Positions 33,847 to 43,126 are shown, counted from the first letter of the stretch. The stretch is 45,437 bases of DNA from Planctomycetota bacterium (GCA_947455805.1 CANGSN010000002.1:1-45437), one strand, 5' to 3'. The notes: generated by a model from the sequence alone, not told the origin. A program made the numbers and translations.

Positions 33847-36800
33847 TCAGCCGCCGCTGGCGAACGGCACCACGACGGTCGCCGTCGCCTCCGCCACATC
33901 GGGCGGCATCACCACCGGCGCACTCCACGGGGCACCGGGCTCGCCGCCGCGCACTTCGATCGGCAGGGTCGGCGCCGGATCGAGCACCAGTTCGCCGTCG
34001 ACCAGAGGCAGCTGGTAGCGCTCGGTCGGCCACAGCCCGCCCCCGCAGCGCAGCTGCACACGCTCGCCGACGATCGCCGTGCCATCCGGTCGCGTCAGCC
34101 GCAGCACGAACCGCTGCGGCCGGTGCGCCAGCGTCAGCGCGACGTGTTCGCCCGCGGCGACGAAGAAGCGTTCGGCATGCAGCCCAGCCAGCGCGCGCGG
34201 GTCGTAGCTGCCGCGGCGGAACGACGCCCGGTAGGTGCCGGGCAGCAGCTGGTCGAACACGAACGTGCCATCGGCGGCGAGCGGCGTCGTCGCGGCGCGA
34301 TCCATGGTGCCGTCGTCGCGTTCGCGCCACAGGTCGATGGCGTAGTCGGCTGGCAGGCGCTCGCTCGACCGCACCGCGCCGCGCAGCTGCGCCAGCGGCA
34401 GGTTGGCGAGATCGAGCATGACGGCGACGCGCGCAGCGTCGACGTCGATCTTGACGGCGCGCATCGGCAACAGCGAGCCGAACACGCCCTGGGCGACGAG
34501 CACGCGGCGCTGCACGAGCAGCGTGTGTTCGCCGTAGGGCAGGTCCTCGACGACGAACGTGCCGTCGGCGGCGACCGGCAGGCTCTGGCCGGCGCGGTGG
34601 CGCGTGCCGAGCACGGCGATGCGCAGGTCGGCGAACGGCACCGAGGGCGAACGCACGGTGCCGTGCACGTCGCCGTGGTGCGGCAGGGCCACGACCAGCG
34701 GTGAGCCGTCGGGCGGCGGCACCAGGTCGCGCACGATGCCGTCGGGATCGCCGTCGCGGTGCAGGCGCAGCACGCAGTCGGTCAGGTCCGGACCGCGCCG
34801 CAACATCGCCATGCCGTCGGTGCCGGTGGTCGCGCCGTCGAGCCGTTCGAGCAGCCGCGCCGACATCGCGCAGCGACGACCGCGCCGCGGGTCGACGGCG
34901 AGATCGCCTTCCGCCAGCTCCGCGCCGTTGCGTCGGCGCAGCAGTTCGACCTGCAGGCCGGCGACCGGCTGGCCGTCGTCGACGACGCGGATCGGCAGTG
35001 GCCGCATGCGTGCCAGCACGACCGTCATCGCGGCGTCGCCGGCGGCCGGCACGGCCATGCGTTCGCTCGGCGCCAACTCGGGATCCGTCGGCAGCACCCG
35101 CAACCACGTCGCACCGGGCTGCACGCTGGGCAGGGGCAGCACGCCGCCGCGGTGCCGGCCGCGGTGCTGCACCTGGTCGTGGAAGAACGGCGACAGGCCC
35201 TCGCGCTGGAGGGCGATCCCGAAGTTGACGACCGGCTGCCCGGCCTCGTCGACCACGCGCAGCTCGAACGGCGGCAACGGTGTGAGGCGCACGACCAGGT
35301 CGGTTGTGCCCCACGGCACACCGCGCAGCGGCGGATGCGCCTGCCACGACTCCGCGTGCAGCACGCGCAGCATCGTCGCCGGCGCGCGATCGAGTTCCCC
35401 GCGGCTCACGACGAACGAGCCGTCGGCCCCGCTGCGCACCGTCTCCGCGAGGAAGGGATCGCTGATGGCGACGCCGGCCACCGGCTTGCCATCGCGATCG
35501 ACGACGCGACCCCGAATCGATTGCGGACTGGCGACCTGCAGTTCGACCTCGCCGGATTCAGCCGTGACCTGCGTCACCGTCGGCGTCGTCGCGAGCAACG
35601 CTCCGGCGCCGAGACGCCATTGCACCTCGCCGAACGGCACCGGCGCCGCCAACTCGAACGTGCCGTCGCTGCGGATCCGGGTGCCGGCGCGGATCTCCTT
35701 CGCCATGCCACTCGACGCCACCGCGAAGTTGGCCATCAGCATGCGCCCCGCCAAGCTGCTGCCGTCGCCGACGACGACGCGGCCGCGCAGGAGGCGGCCT
35801 GCGCGCATGCGGAGCTCGCCCAGGTCCAGCGTCCGACGCGCGCTGTCGAGGCTGCCTTGCCACACCCAACCGACGCGCTGGGGCGCCGTGACCCGCACTT
35901 CGACGAGGCCCGCGACCGCGGCAGGGATGGCGAACTGGCCATCGCGCGCCGACTCCCCGACACGGCTCGCGGTCGTGCGGGCGGGACCGAGGCCGACGGC
36001 TGCGGGACCCGCATCGGGGCGCGACGTCGGCGCGGCGTGCGGATTGGGCACCAGCTGCAGTTCGGAGGCATCGATCGAGCGCAGCACGACCTGCACCCCG
36101 GGCAGCGGACTGCCGGTGTCGGCGTCGACGACGCGACCGCGAACCGCCAGCGGCAGGGCCGCCGGCGCCACCGGCACTTCCGCAGACGCCGGCGGTGCTG
36201 CAGCGGGAGGAGGAGCTTCGGCGGACCCTTTCGCCTGTGCCACGACCTCCCGCTGCAGCGCCACATCAGCGGGGCCGCCTGCAGACGACGACCCGGACGC
36301 CACCGAGGGCGCCCCTCCGGGACCTGCCCGGCCCGACGACGGGGTGGGGCCACCCCCGTCGGACTGCCATGCGAGGACCCCGATCGCGAGGGCCGCCGCC
36401 AGCGCCGCCGAGGCAACGCCGAAACCTGCAGCCCCCATGAACGCACCGCCTGCCGACACGGCGGGCGGCGCTCCTGTGCCGAGCCCGAACGCGACGGCCA
36501 GACCTGGCCGCCAGTCGGTCTCGGTTCCTTCACCCAGCCGCGCGCGCAGCGACCCTACGCCGCGCTGCAGCCGACTCCTCACGGTCGCGATCGGGATCCC
36601 AGATGTCGATGCAATCTCCTGCGGCGAGCGCCCCTCGAAGAAGCGCTGCCAGATGGTGTCCCGGTAGGCCGGCTCGAGCGCGAACACGGCGGCCATCAGC
36701 TGCTTCGCCATCTCCTGATGGGCGAGCATCGCGGCCTGGTCCGGCGCCTGGTCCGGCGAGAGTTCGGGCCGGGTCGCGGCGATCTCGTGCAGTTCCCGCC

Positions 36801-37023
36801 GGCTCGCGCTGCGGCGGAACTTGCCGACGACGCGCATCAGCACGGTGCGCAGCCAGCCACCGGGCGCGCTGTCGTGCGGCGGCGGCTCCCGCAAGGCTGC
36901 CACCCAGACCTCCTGCACCGCATCGTCGGCATCGTGCGCATTGCGGAGCAATGCCCCCGCGAGACGCCGCAAGGCGGTCGCGTGGCGTTCGAGCTGGAGC
37001 TCGACGTCGAACGGCGAGGACAC
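33847..37023 (-). CDS. ECF sigma-70 domain fused to a TM helix and a large carboxypeptidase-regulatory-like repeat ectodomain
   Basis: A single uninterrupted frame. Region 2: DADDAVQEVWVAAL. Region 4: EPAYRDTIWQRFFEGRSPQEIASTSGIPIATVRSRLQRG. A ~30-aa linker leads to a TM helix (FMGAAGFGVASAALAAALAIGVLAW, about 36367-36447). About 800 aa follow with repeats such as VRGRVVDADTGSPLPGVQVVL, IRGRVVDRDGKPVAGVAISD and LRVVDEAGQPVVNFGIAL. I chose the GTG at 37023 (MSSPFDVELQLERH...). The ATGs at 37260 and 37206 remain possible. Confidence 0.8.
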   Translation of the reverse strand: MSSPFDVELQLERHATALRRLAGALLRNAHDADDAVQEVWVAALREPPPHDSAPGGWLRTVLMRVVGKFRRSASRRELHEIAATRPELSPDQAPDQAAMLAHQEMAKQLMAAVFALEPAYRDTIWQRFFEGRSPQEIASTSGIPIATVRSRLQRGVGSLRARLGEGTETDWRPGLAVAFGLGTGAPPAVSAGGAFMGAAGFGVASAALAAALAIGVLAWQSDGGGPTPSSGRAGPGGAPSVASGSSSAGGPADVALQREVVAQAKGSAEAPPPAAAPPASAEVPVAPAALPLAVRGRVVDADTGSPLPGVQVVLRSIDASELQLVPNPHAAPTSRPDAGPAAVGLGPARTTASRVGESARDGQFAIPAAVAGLVEVRVTAPQRVGWVWQGSLDSARRTLDLGELRMRAGRLLRGRVVVGDGSSLAGRMLMANFAVASSGMAKEIRAGTRIRSDGTFELAAPVPFGEVQWRLGAGALLATTPTVTQVTAESGEVELQVASPQSIRGRVVDRDGKPVAGVAISDPFLAETVRSGADGSFVVSRGELDRAPATMLRVLHAESWQAHPPLRGVPWGTTDLVVRLTPLPPFELRVVDEAGQPVVNFGIALQREGLSPFFHDQVQHRGRHRGGVLPLPSVQPGATWLRVLPTDPELAPSERMAVPAAGDAAMTVVLARMRPLPIRVVDDGQPVAGLQVELLRRRNGAELAEGDLAVDPRRGRRCAMSARLLERLDGATTGTDGMAMLRRGPDLTDCVLRLHRDGDPDGIVRDLVPPPDGSPLVVALPHHGDVHGTVRSPSVPFADLRIAVLGTRHRAGQSLPVAADGTFVVEDLPYGEHTLLVQRRVLVAQGVFGSLLPMRAVKIDVDAARVAVMLDLANLPLAQLRGAVRSSERLPADYAIDLWRERDDGTMDRAATTPLAADGTFVFDQLLPGTYRASFRRGSYDPRALAGLHAERFFVAAGEHVALTLAHRPQRFVLRLTRPDGTAIVGERVQLRCGGGLWPTERYQLPLVDGELVLDPAPTLPIEVRGGEPGAPWSAPVVMPPDVAEATATVVVPFASGG

Positions 37024-37081
37024 GGGAGAGAGGCGAGGGACGGGACGAACGGGAGGGACGTGGCGCGTGATCGGGCCGGTC

Positions 37082-37109
37082 AGACGCCACAGCGGCCAGT
37101 TCTGTTTCC
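37082..37109 (-). promoter_or_regulatory. ECF-type promoter candidate upstream of the fused sigma gene
   Basis: The minus strand reads GGAAAC (37109-37104), a 17-nt spacer, then CGTCT (37086-37082), about 60 nt upstream of the GTG at 37023. Confidence 0.4.
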
Positions 37110-37272
37110 GACTAGATGCCCGCAACCTGTCGAACGGATGCAATCCCCGCGCGGTTTTCTGCGTGACAGGAGATTCCGCGTGGCGGGTACCCGTGTCCGG
37201 GCACATGGGTGACACGGTCCAGCCGCCGCAGACCGATCGCAGCCTCCGGATTCCGGTCACTCGGCGCCGCGA

Positions 37273-39690
37273 TCACCACACCTTGCGCACGATCTGCAGG
37301 TCCGGGCGGTCGGCGGCGAGGCCCGGCACATCCTCGTCGCGCACGCAGGTCGAACGGCTGATGTCGAGGAACCGGAGGCGCTTCGCGGCGCGGATGGCGT
37401 CGGCGTGCACCGGGGTCATCTTCGTGCAGCCCTTGGCGGCAAGGTGCTCGAGGCTCGGCGCGGCGAGCAGCGCGCGGAAGCCTTCGTCATCGAGCCAGTC
37501 GGCGTCGCGCAACACCAGCTTGCGCAGCGCTGGGAAGCGGTCCCGCAGCAGGGCGGACGCAGCGGCGTCGAAACCGCAGCCAGACAGATCGAGATCCCGC
37601 ACGCCTGTCGGCACGTGCAGCAACGCACTGCTGACCAGGCCGGTGCATTCCGCCAGCACGAGGTGGCGCAAGCTGGGCAGTTCGGCGACTGCCTGCAGCG
37701 CCATGCTGGTGAAGGGCCCCTGGGTGAGGTCGAGGTCCTGCAGGACCAGCAGATGCTGGAGGGACATCACCGCCCGGTCGTGCAGGTTGGGCAGGTTGGC
37801 GAGTGCTAGGCGGTTCAAGGTCCGCAGCTCGCCAACGAGCGCGAGTTGCTCCGTCGTGAGGTGCTTGCACGCGGACAGGGTCAGGGAGGTCAGGTGACGG
37901 CAGCCGGCGATGCCGCGCATGCCAGCGTCACCGAAGCCGCGCACAGCGATCAGGTACAGTTCTCGAAGCTCCGGCAGGGACGGCAGGACCGCGAGCGCAG
38001 CGTCGCCGACCACACAACCGACCAGGCTCAGCGTCCTCAGCTTCTTGCCCTTGGCCAGCGACCGCAGTGCGTCGGCAGGCAAGGCGTCGACGCCGACGAC
38101 GTGGAGCCGCCGCAAGGCCGGGAGCACCAGCACGGCGTCGAGACCGACAGCGGTCAGCGGATCCTGGTCGTCGCGGACGAACTCGAGCACTTCGATCCAA
38201 GGACAGGCTGCCAGCGCCACGGCTGCGCGATCGCCGAGGTTCCGCACCTCCACGTGTGTGACCATCGGCGGCAGCGTCGCGATCTCGGCGACGGCGCGGA
38301 TCTGGCGGTACGTGTGCTGCCGGTGCAGGTCGGCGAGCTTCAACTGGAACTCAGCGTCGTCGCGTTCCACGCGCACCCGCTTGCCGGCGGCGAGCAGAGT
38401 CGCCGCATGCTCGAGCGTGAACCATGGTGCGACACCGAGGTCGACTTCGCGCAGGGGCTTCGCGGCCGCGAGCAGCGCTACCAGGTCGGCCGGCGAGTCC
38501 GCATTCGTGCCGGTCGAGGTCCGGACGCCCGCGATGCAGAGCTTCTGCAACTGCGACAACTGCAGAACCCCGCGAACGGTGCTGACATCGAGGGACCGGC
38601 AGCCGCCGAGGTCCAACTCGATCAGGGCCGGCGTCTTCTCCACGAGCCGTGCGCCGATCTGCTCGGTGACCATCGCATGCGGAATCCAGAGTCGCCGCAG
38701 AGCTGGCCAGTCCTGAATCACGTCGTCGTGAACAGCACTGCTTCCTGGCGGACCGAACGGCGCTCCCAGATGGATACGCAACTCGCGCAACTGCTTCAGC
38801 GCCGCGAGCAGCTTCGAATCACGCAGCTCCGGGCTGTAGTCGGAATGCAGCTCGAGGTGCTCTAGCGCGGTCAGCTCAGCGATCGCCCGAAGCAGAACCG
38901 GTCGGATCGGTTCCTCCATGCAGTCGATGCGCAACGTCTCGAGACCCTGGAGGGAAGCGACGACCTCTGCGCCTTCTTGCTCGATGCCAAAGGAGAACTG
39001 CAGTGCGAGAGACCTCAGCTTGGCCAACTGGCGCAGCGGAGCAAGCGAAGCGTCCGCGTCGTGGAGGTAGCCGAGCCGCAGATCCCGAAGCTCCGAGAGC
39101 CTTCCCACGAGCGTCATCAGTTCGGCCGTGGTGGCGGTGTCGTCTTGGTCCTTCCGGCGCGGCCTGACGTCAGGGTGAACTCCCTCGACGATCAAAATCT
39201 CGAGCTTCGGACAGCGATCGACCAGCTCTTCCATGCCGCGCTTGCCGAGCTCCACCTTCACCGCGCGCAGGTCCGTCGGCAGCGACGCGACTTCCTGGCG
39301 AGAACGAACGACGACGATCTCACCTTCTCCGAGTTCGCCGTCACCCGGGTCCTGCATCGAGGGCGCAGCGACGAACTGCGCAGGATGGTCGCGCCCCGCA
39401 CCCGCGCGCTGCATCCATGCGACCCCGCCGACGACGCCCAGCCCGAGAAGCAGCAGCGCCGCCAGCCACAACTGACGCCACAGCCCAGCGCCGACGGGGA
39501 CGTCTTCAGGCCCGAGCAACGGCCGTTCGCCTGCCGCAGCGCGCGCGATCACCTGCGCCGTCACGTCGGGCGCACGTTCGCCGCCGAGCGCTTCGTCGAG
39601 TCCGGCGTCGAGCCAGCGGTCCATCGCTTCGGCTTCGTGGGAACGCAGCGGCGCGGCGTCGTTCGCTTCGTTGTTCATGGCATCGCTCAC
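37273..39690 (-). CDS. anti-sigma-factor-like membrane protein with a leucine-rich-repeat ectodomain
   Basis: Its GTG start overlaps the sigma gene stop (GTGA at 39690-39687). A short cytoplasmic N-terminus (MDRWLDAGLDEALGGE) precedes one TM helix (LWLAALLLLGLGVVGGVAW). About 700 aa of Cys-containing LRRs follow (LxxLxLxxCxxLxD, e.g. LRTLSLVGCVVGDAAL and LTSLTLSACKHLTTEQL). Confidence 0.82.
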   Translation of the reverse strand: MSDAMNNEANDAAPLRSHEAEAMDRWLDAGLDEALGGERAPDVTAQVIARAAAGERPLLGPEDVPVGAGLWRQLWLAALLLLGLGVVGGVAWMQRAGAGRDHPAQFVAAPSMQDPGDGELGEGEIVVVRSRQEVASLPTDLRAVKVELGKRGMEELVDRCPKLEILIVEGVHPDVRPRRKDQDDTATTAELMTLVGRLSELRDLRLGYLHDADASLAPLRQLAKLRSLALQFSFGIEQEGAEVVASLQGLETLRIDCMEEPIRPVLLRAIAELTALEHLELHSDYSPELRDSKLLAALKQLRELRIHLGAPFGPPGSSAVHDDVIQDWPALRRLWIPHAMVTEQIGARLVEKTPALIELDLGGCRSLDVSTVRGVLQLSQLQKLCIAGVRTSTGTNADSPADLVALLAAAKPLREVDLGVAPWFTLEHAATLLAAGKRVRVERDDAEFQLKLADLHRQHTYRQIRAVAEIATLPPMVTHVEVRNLGDRAAVALAACPWIEVLEFVRDDQDPLTAVGLDAVLVLPALRRLHVVGVDALPADALRSLAKGKKLRTLSLVGCVVGDAALAVLPSLPELRELYLIAVRGFGDAGMRGIAGCRHLTSLTLSACKHLTTEQLALVGELRTLNRLALANLPNLHDRAVMSLQHLLVLQDLDLTQGPFTSMALQAVAELPSLRHLVLAECTGLVSSALLHVPTGVRDLDLSGCGFDAAASALLRDRFPALRKLVLRDADWLDDEGFRALLAAPSLEHLAAKGCTKMTPVHADAIRAAKRLRFLDISRSTCVRDEDVPGLAADRPDLQIVRKVW

Positions 39691-40223
39691 GTCGCCCTCC
39701 GCGGATTCGTGGCCACTTCACCAGCGCCGAGCCGCCGCTCGACACACGCGCGCAGCACCGCGCGCACACGCTGCAGCAGCGTCTTCACGCCGTTCTCCTT
39801 CATGCCGAGCGCCTGGGCGATCGTGCGCCGATCCTCTCCGTCGCGGTAGCTGCGCTGCACCGCCTCGCGCGCCTTGCCGTCGAGACCTTCGACGCACGAA
39901 CGCAGCGCCTCGAGCCAGCGTTCGCCCTCGTCGGCGGCGGCGACGTCGCGCCAGCGCGCTTCGACGAACTCCGCCAGCAGCACCTCGCGCCGCCCCTGGT
40001 CGCGCCGGCGGCGCAGCCACAGGTGCCGCGCCGTCTCGCGCAGGAACGTCGCCACCGCCGCGTCGCCGCGGTCGTCGTGCAGCCGGTCGAGTGCCACCAG
40101 GAACGTGTCCTGCAGCAGGTCCTCCGCCTGATCGCCGCGCGCCCCGAGCGCACGCAGGTAGCGCCACAGGCCGAGCTGGTGGCGGCGCACCAGCGCCGCG
40201 AGGTCGAGCGGGCTCTCGGTCAT
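39687..40223 (-). CDS. ECF-family RNA polymerase sigma factor
   Basis: The last 178 aa of track ORF 39687..41018, from the ATG at 40223. Region 2: AEDLLQDTFLVAL. Region 4: REAVQRSYRDGEDRRTIAQALGMKENGVKTLLQRVR. Confidence 0.9.
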   Translation of the reverse strand: MTESPLDLAALVRRHQLGLWRYLRALGARGDQAEDLLQDTFLVALDRLHDDRGDAAVATFLRETARHLWLRRRRDQGRREVLLAEFVEARWRDVAAADEGERWLEALRSCVEGLDGKAREAVQRSYRDGEDRRTIAQALGMKENGVKTLLQRVRAVLRACVERRLGAGEVATNPRRAT

Positions 40224-40338
40224 GGCCAGGGCGGGTTGGATCGTCGCATGCACGCGGCATTCATCCCGCGAGCCCGCCGAGGGTATTCGACCTTCTCCAC
40301 TTTCCCAGCAGGCGGGGCCGGCAGCGCATGGGCGCCGG

Positions 40339-40367
40339 TTGACGCGGCGGGCGAGCACACCCACGAT
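40339..40367 (+). promoter_or_regulatory. sigma-70-like promoter candidate for the 40402 gene
   Basis: TTGACG (40339-40344), a 17-nt spacer, then CACGAT (40362-40367). A GAGGAGG Shine-Dalgarno lies about 9 nt before the ATG at 40402. Confidence 0.3.
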
Positions 40368-40401
40368 CCCCGACCCTGACGGCGCAGAGGAGGCGCCGCG
40401 C

Positions 40402-43062
40402 ATGCAGAAGCTCGGGATCCTGTTCCTCGCCGTCGTGGCGGCCCTCGCGGTGTGGTGGTTCGTGTCGGGCAGCGAGCTCCTGCCAACACCGGACGCGGAC
40501 GAACGCACCGCCGAGCAGGTGCCGGCAGTCGCAGCGGTGGCGGAAGCCGTCGCGACGGGCAGCGCCGCGAGCCAGCCGAAGGCGGATGCGGAGCTCGCGC
40601 GCACCCAGGCGGCGGCGAGCACGAGCGCAGCCCACGGACCGCAGACCACCGTGCGCGGCCGCTGCGTCGACAGCGCCGGCAACCCGATCGCCGGGTGCAC
40701 GGTCGGCGTGCACGGCGTGTGGGGCAACGAGAAGCTCATGGAGTCGTGGCTGCGCGACCACGAAGCCGAGCCGGAGTGGAAACACCCGCCGAAGCAGACG
40801 ACCGGCACCGACGGCAGGTTCGAGTTCACGTTCTGGCCGCCGCCGCCGTTCCAGTTCCTGTTGGACATCGAGCATGCGCAGTTCGCGGCGATGCGCGCCC
40901 GCTGGGGCCCCCTCGATGCGGGCTCGGTGCGCGACGTCGGCGACGTCGTCATGACGACCGGCATCCGCGTGCGCGGTCGCGTCGTCGACCAGGCCGGGCA
41001 GCCGCTCGCGAAGTTCATGGTCTCCGTGCATCCCAGGCGTCCGGGCGAGGGCTACGACCAGCAGCTGCCGACGCCGGTGTGGAGTGCCTACGGACGCAGC
41101 GACGAGACCGGCGCGTTCGCCTGCGAGCAGTTGCTGCCGCCGGGCCCCTACCACGTGAGCACGAGCGGCCGGGAGCGGCTGCTGGAGCCGATCGAAGGCA
41201 CGCTGACGGCGACGCGACCGGTCGAAGAACTGACGATCGTGGTCGTCAAGAAACCCCCGGGCCAGACGATCACCGGGCGCGTCGTCGACGACGCCGGACG
41301 ACCCGTGGCGGACGCGCGGGTCGAAGCGCGGGACGCCAATCGCGAAAGCAGAGCGGACCGCACCGGGCGCGACGGCACGTTCCGGATCGAGGCCGACCAC
41401 ACGATGACCGGCAAGCTGCCGGTGACGCTGCTGGTGCGGGCGGAGGGCTACGAAGAGTCCACGCCGACGGAGCCCATGCCGTTCGGCAGCAAAGACGTCG
41501 TGCTGCCGCTGGTGCGCGCCGGCACGCTGCAGGTGCGCGTGGTCGACGAGGAGCAGCGTCCGATCGAGAAGTTCCAGGTGCGCGTGGCGCCGCGCGACCG
41601 TCCAGGCCGTTCGTCCGATGACTTCCGCGTGCGGTCCCGGGGCCCGCACAGCGATGGCGTCGCCGAGGTGCCGGGCATCGGCGCGGGCAAGTGGACGGTC
41701 GCGGTCGACTTTCCCAAGTCGGCGGGGCGGACGTCGGTGCTGCAACCGATCGAGGTGGCGGCACGCACCAACACCCGCGTCGAACTCGTGGCGGCACGCG
41801 ACGTGTCGCGCTCGGTGCGCGTCGTCGACCGGTCGGACAACCCGCTCGTGGGCAGCGTCGTGCAGCTGTGCGAACCGCTCGGCTACGGATTCGATGCGGA
41901 CACGAACCGCATCAGCGAAGAGCAGCGCTACTCCTGGCAGAACCCGTACACGGCGATCGTCCGCGCCGAAGGCAAGACCGACGCGACGGGCCGCGTCGTG
42001 CTGTCCGGGCCACCCGGCCGAACGCTCGGGGTCGCCGCACTCGGGCCGGGCCACGTGCCCAAGTTCGCCGGCGACGTGCTGGTGGATGTCGCCGACGAAC
42101 TCGTGCTCACCGTGGACGTCGGCGCCCGCCTGCGCGGCAAGATCGTGCCGCCCGAGGCCGTCGCCGAACTGGAGCGACTGCTGGGCAACGCGGCGGCCCG
42201 GCCGTGGATCTCGCTGTATCGGGACGACCCGAAGAGCAAGGTCGTCGGCCAGGACAACCCCCTCTTCGCGGTCGCCAGCGACGGCACGTTCGAGCTCTCG
42301 GGCCTGCCCCCGGGCAGCTGGCAACTGTTCCTGTTCTTCTGGGACGGCTACGAGAACGGCAGCCTCGCCAGTCCCTGGATGCGTGACGTGACGTTGCAGG
42401 AGGGCCGTCTGACGGAAGTGTCGCTGGATCTCGCCTACCTCCTCCCGGGAACGATGTCGGGCACCGTCACGAAGAACGGTGTCCCCGCGGTCGACGCGGT
42501 GCTGAGCTTCTACGTCGAGGTGCCGACGGGCAGGAACCCGATCGGCCTCAACCGGTTCGCCCGCACCGATGCCAACGGCCGCTACTCCGTCCTGCTGCCG
42601 CGCGGCACCTGCAGCGGCTCCGTGTCGACGCGCTCGGGAACGTCTTGGTTGCGGGTCCCGATCACGGTGACCGCCGCGATCACCGCCGGCCAGACGACGA
42701 CCCAGGACTTCGCGATCTGGGCCGGCGACATCAAGGTCACGGTGCTCGACGCGAACGGCAAGCCGGTGCCTGGCGTGCAGCTGTTGGGGCGAAGCTCGAG
42801 CGGGGACCAGGTGTGGCTGCCGGTCACCGATGACCAGGGTCGCACACGCCTCGAACGGCCCGTCGAGACGCTGCAGCTGCGCGTGCTGCCGCGGCGGCTG
42901 ACGACGCAGGCGGGACGCGAGGAGCTCGCGGAGCAGCATCGCAAGAACGGCGGCACCGGCGATCCGCTCGAGCCCCTGTGGATCGACCTCGGCACCCTCG
43001 GCGTCGTCGCCGGCCAGACGACGGAGGTCGAACGCAAGCTGCCCGCGAGCTTCGACCAGTGA
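40402..43062 (+). CDS. membrane-anchored protein with many carboxypeptidase-regulatory-like repeats (886 aa)
   Basis: From the internal ATG at 40402, with the anchor MQKLGILFLAVVAALAVWWFV. Repeats include VRGRCVDSAGNPIAGCTVGV, VRGRVVDQAGQPLAKFMVSV, ITGRVVDDAGRPVADARVEA, LQVRVVDEEQRPIEKFQVRV and IKVTVLDANGKPVPGVQLLG. It is divergent from the ECF sigma gene. Confidence 0.85.
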   Translation: MQKLGILFLAVVAALAVWWFVSGSELLPTPDADERTAEQVPAVAAVAEAVATGSAASQPKADAELARTQAAASTSAAHGPQTTVRGRCVDSAGNPIAGCTVGVHGVWGNEKLMESWLRDHEAEPEWKHPPKQTTGTDGRFEFTFWPPPPFQFLLDIEHAQFAAMRARWGPLDAGSVRDVGDVVMTTGIRVRGRVVDQAGQPLAKFMVSVHPRRPGEGYDQQLPTPVWSAYGRSDETGAFACEQLLPPGPYHVSTSGRERLLEPIEGTLTATRPVEELTIVVVKKPPGQTITGRVVDDAGRPVADARVEARDANRESRADRTGRDGTFRIEADHTMTGKLPVTLLVRAEGYEESTPTEPMPFGSKDVVLPLVRAGTLQVRVVDEEQRPIEKFQVRVAPRDRPGRSSDDFRVRSRGPHSDGVAEVPGIGAGKWTVAVDFPKSAGRTSVLQPIEVAARTNTRVELVAARDVSRSVRVVDRSDNPLVGSVVQLCEPLGYGFDADTNRISEEQRYSWQNPYTAIVRAEGKTDATGRVVLSGPPGRTLGVAALGPGHVPKFAGDVLVDVADELVLTVDVGARLRGKIVPPEAVAELERLLGNAAARPWISLYRDDPKSKVVGQDNPLFAVASDGTFELSGLPPGSWQLFLFFWDGYENGSLASPWMRDVTLQEGRLTEVSLDLAYLLPGTMSGTVTKNGVPAVDAVLSFYVEVPTGRNPIGLNRFARTDANGRYSVLLPRGTCSGSVSTRSGTSWLRVPITVTAAITAGQTTTQDFAIWAGDIKVTVLDANGKPVPGVQLLGRSSSGDQVWLPVTDDQGRTRLERPVETLQLRVLPRRLTTQAGREELAEQHRKNGGTGDPLEPLWIDLGTLGVVAGQTTEVERKLPASFDQ

Positions 43063-43092
43063 TGGCGGAACGCCGTCGCGCGCTGGCGCCTA

Positions 43093-43117
43093 GGAACCGG
43101 GCGGGCGATCGTGCGTC
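43093..43117 (+). promoter_or_regulatory. ECF-type promoter candidate upstream of the beta-propeller gene
   Basis: GGAAC (43093-43097), a 16-nt spacer, then CGTC (43114-43117). It ends 9 nt before the ATG at 43127, which would imply a nearly leaderless mRNA. Confidence 0.35.
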
Positions 43118-43126
43118 GAGCCGCCG

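Noticed and set aside
37024-37260. N-terminal extension of the fused sigma ORF, from the ATGs at 37260 or 37206.
   Set aside because: The extension (…CPDTGTRHAESPVTQKTARGLHPFDRLRASSRKQNWPLWRL…) has lower GC3 and no sigma homology. It also contains the ECF-type promoter motif at 37082-37109. The GTG at 37023 gives a typical ECF N-terminus. The call is not certain, since there is no Shine-Dalgarno before the GTG.
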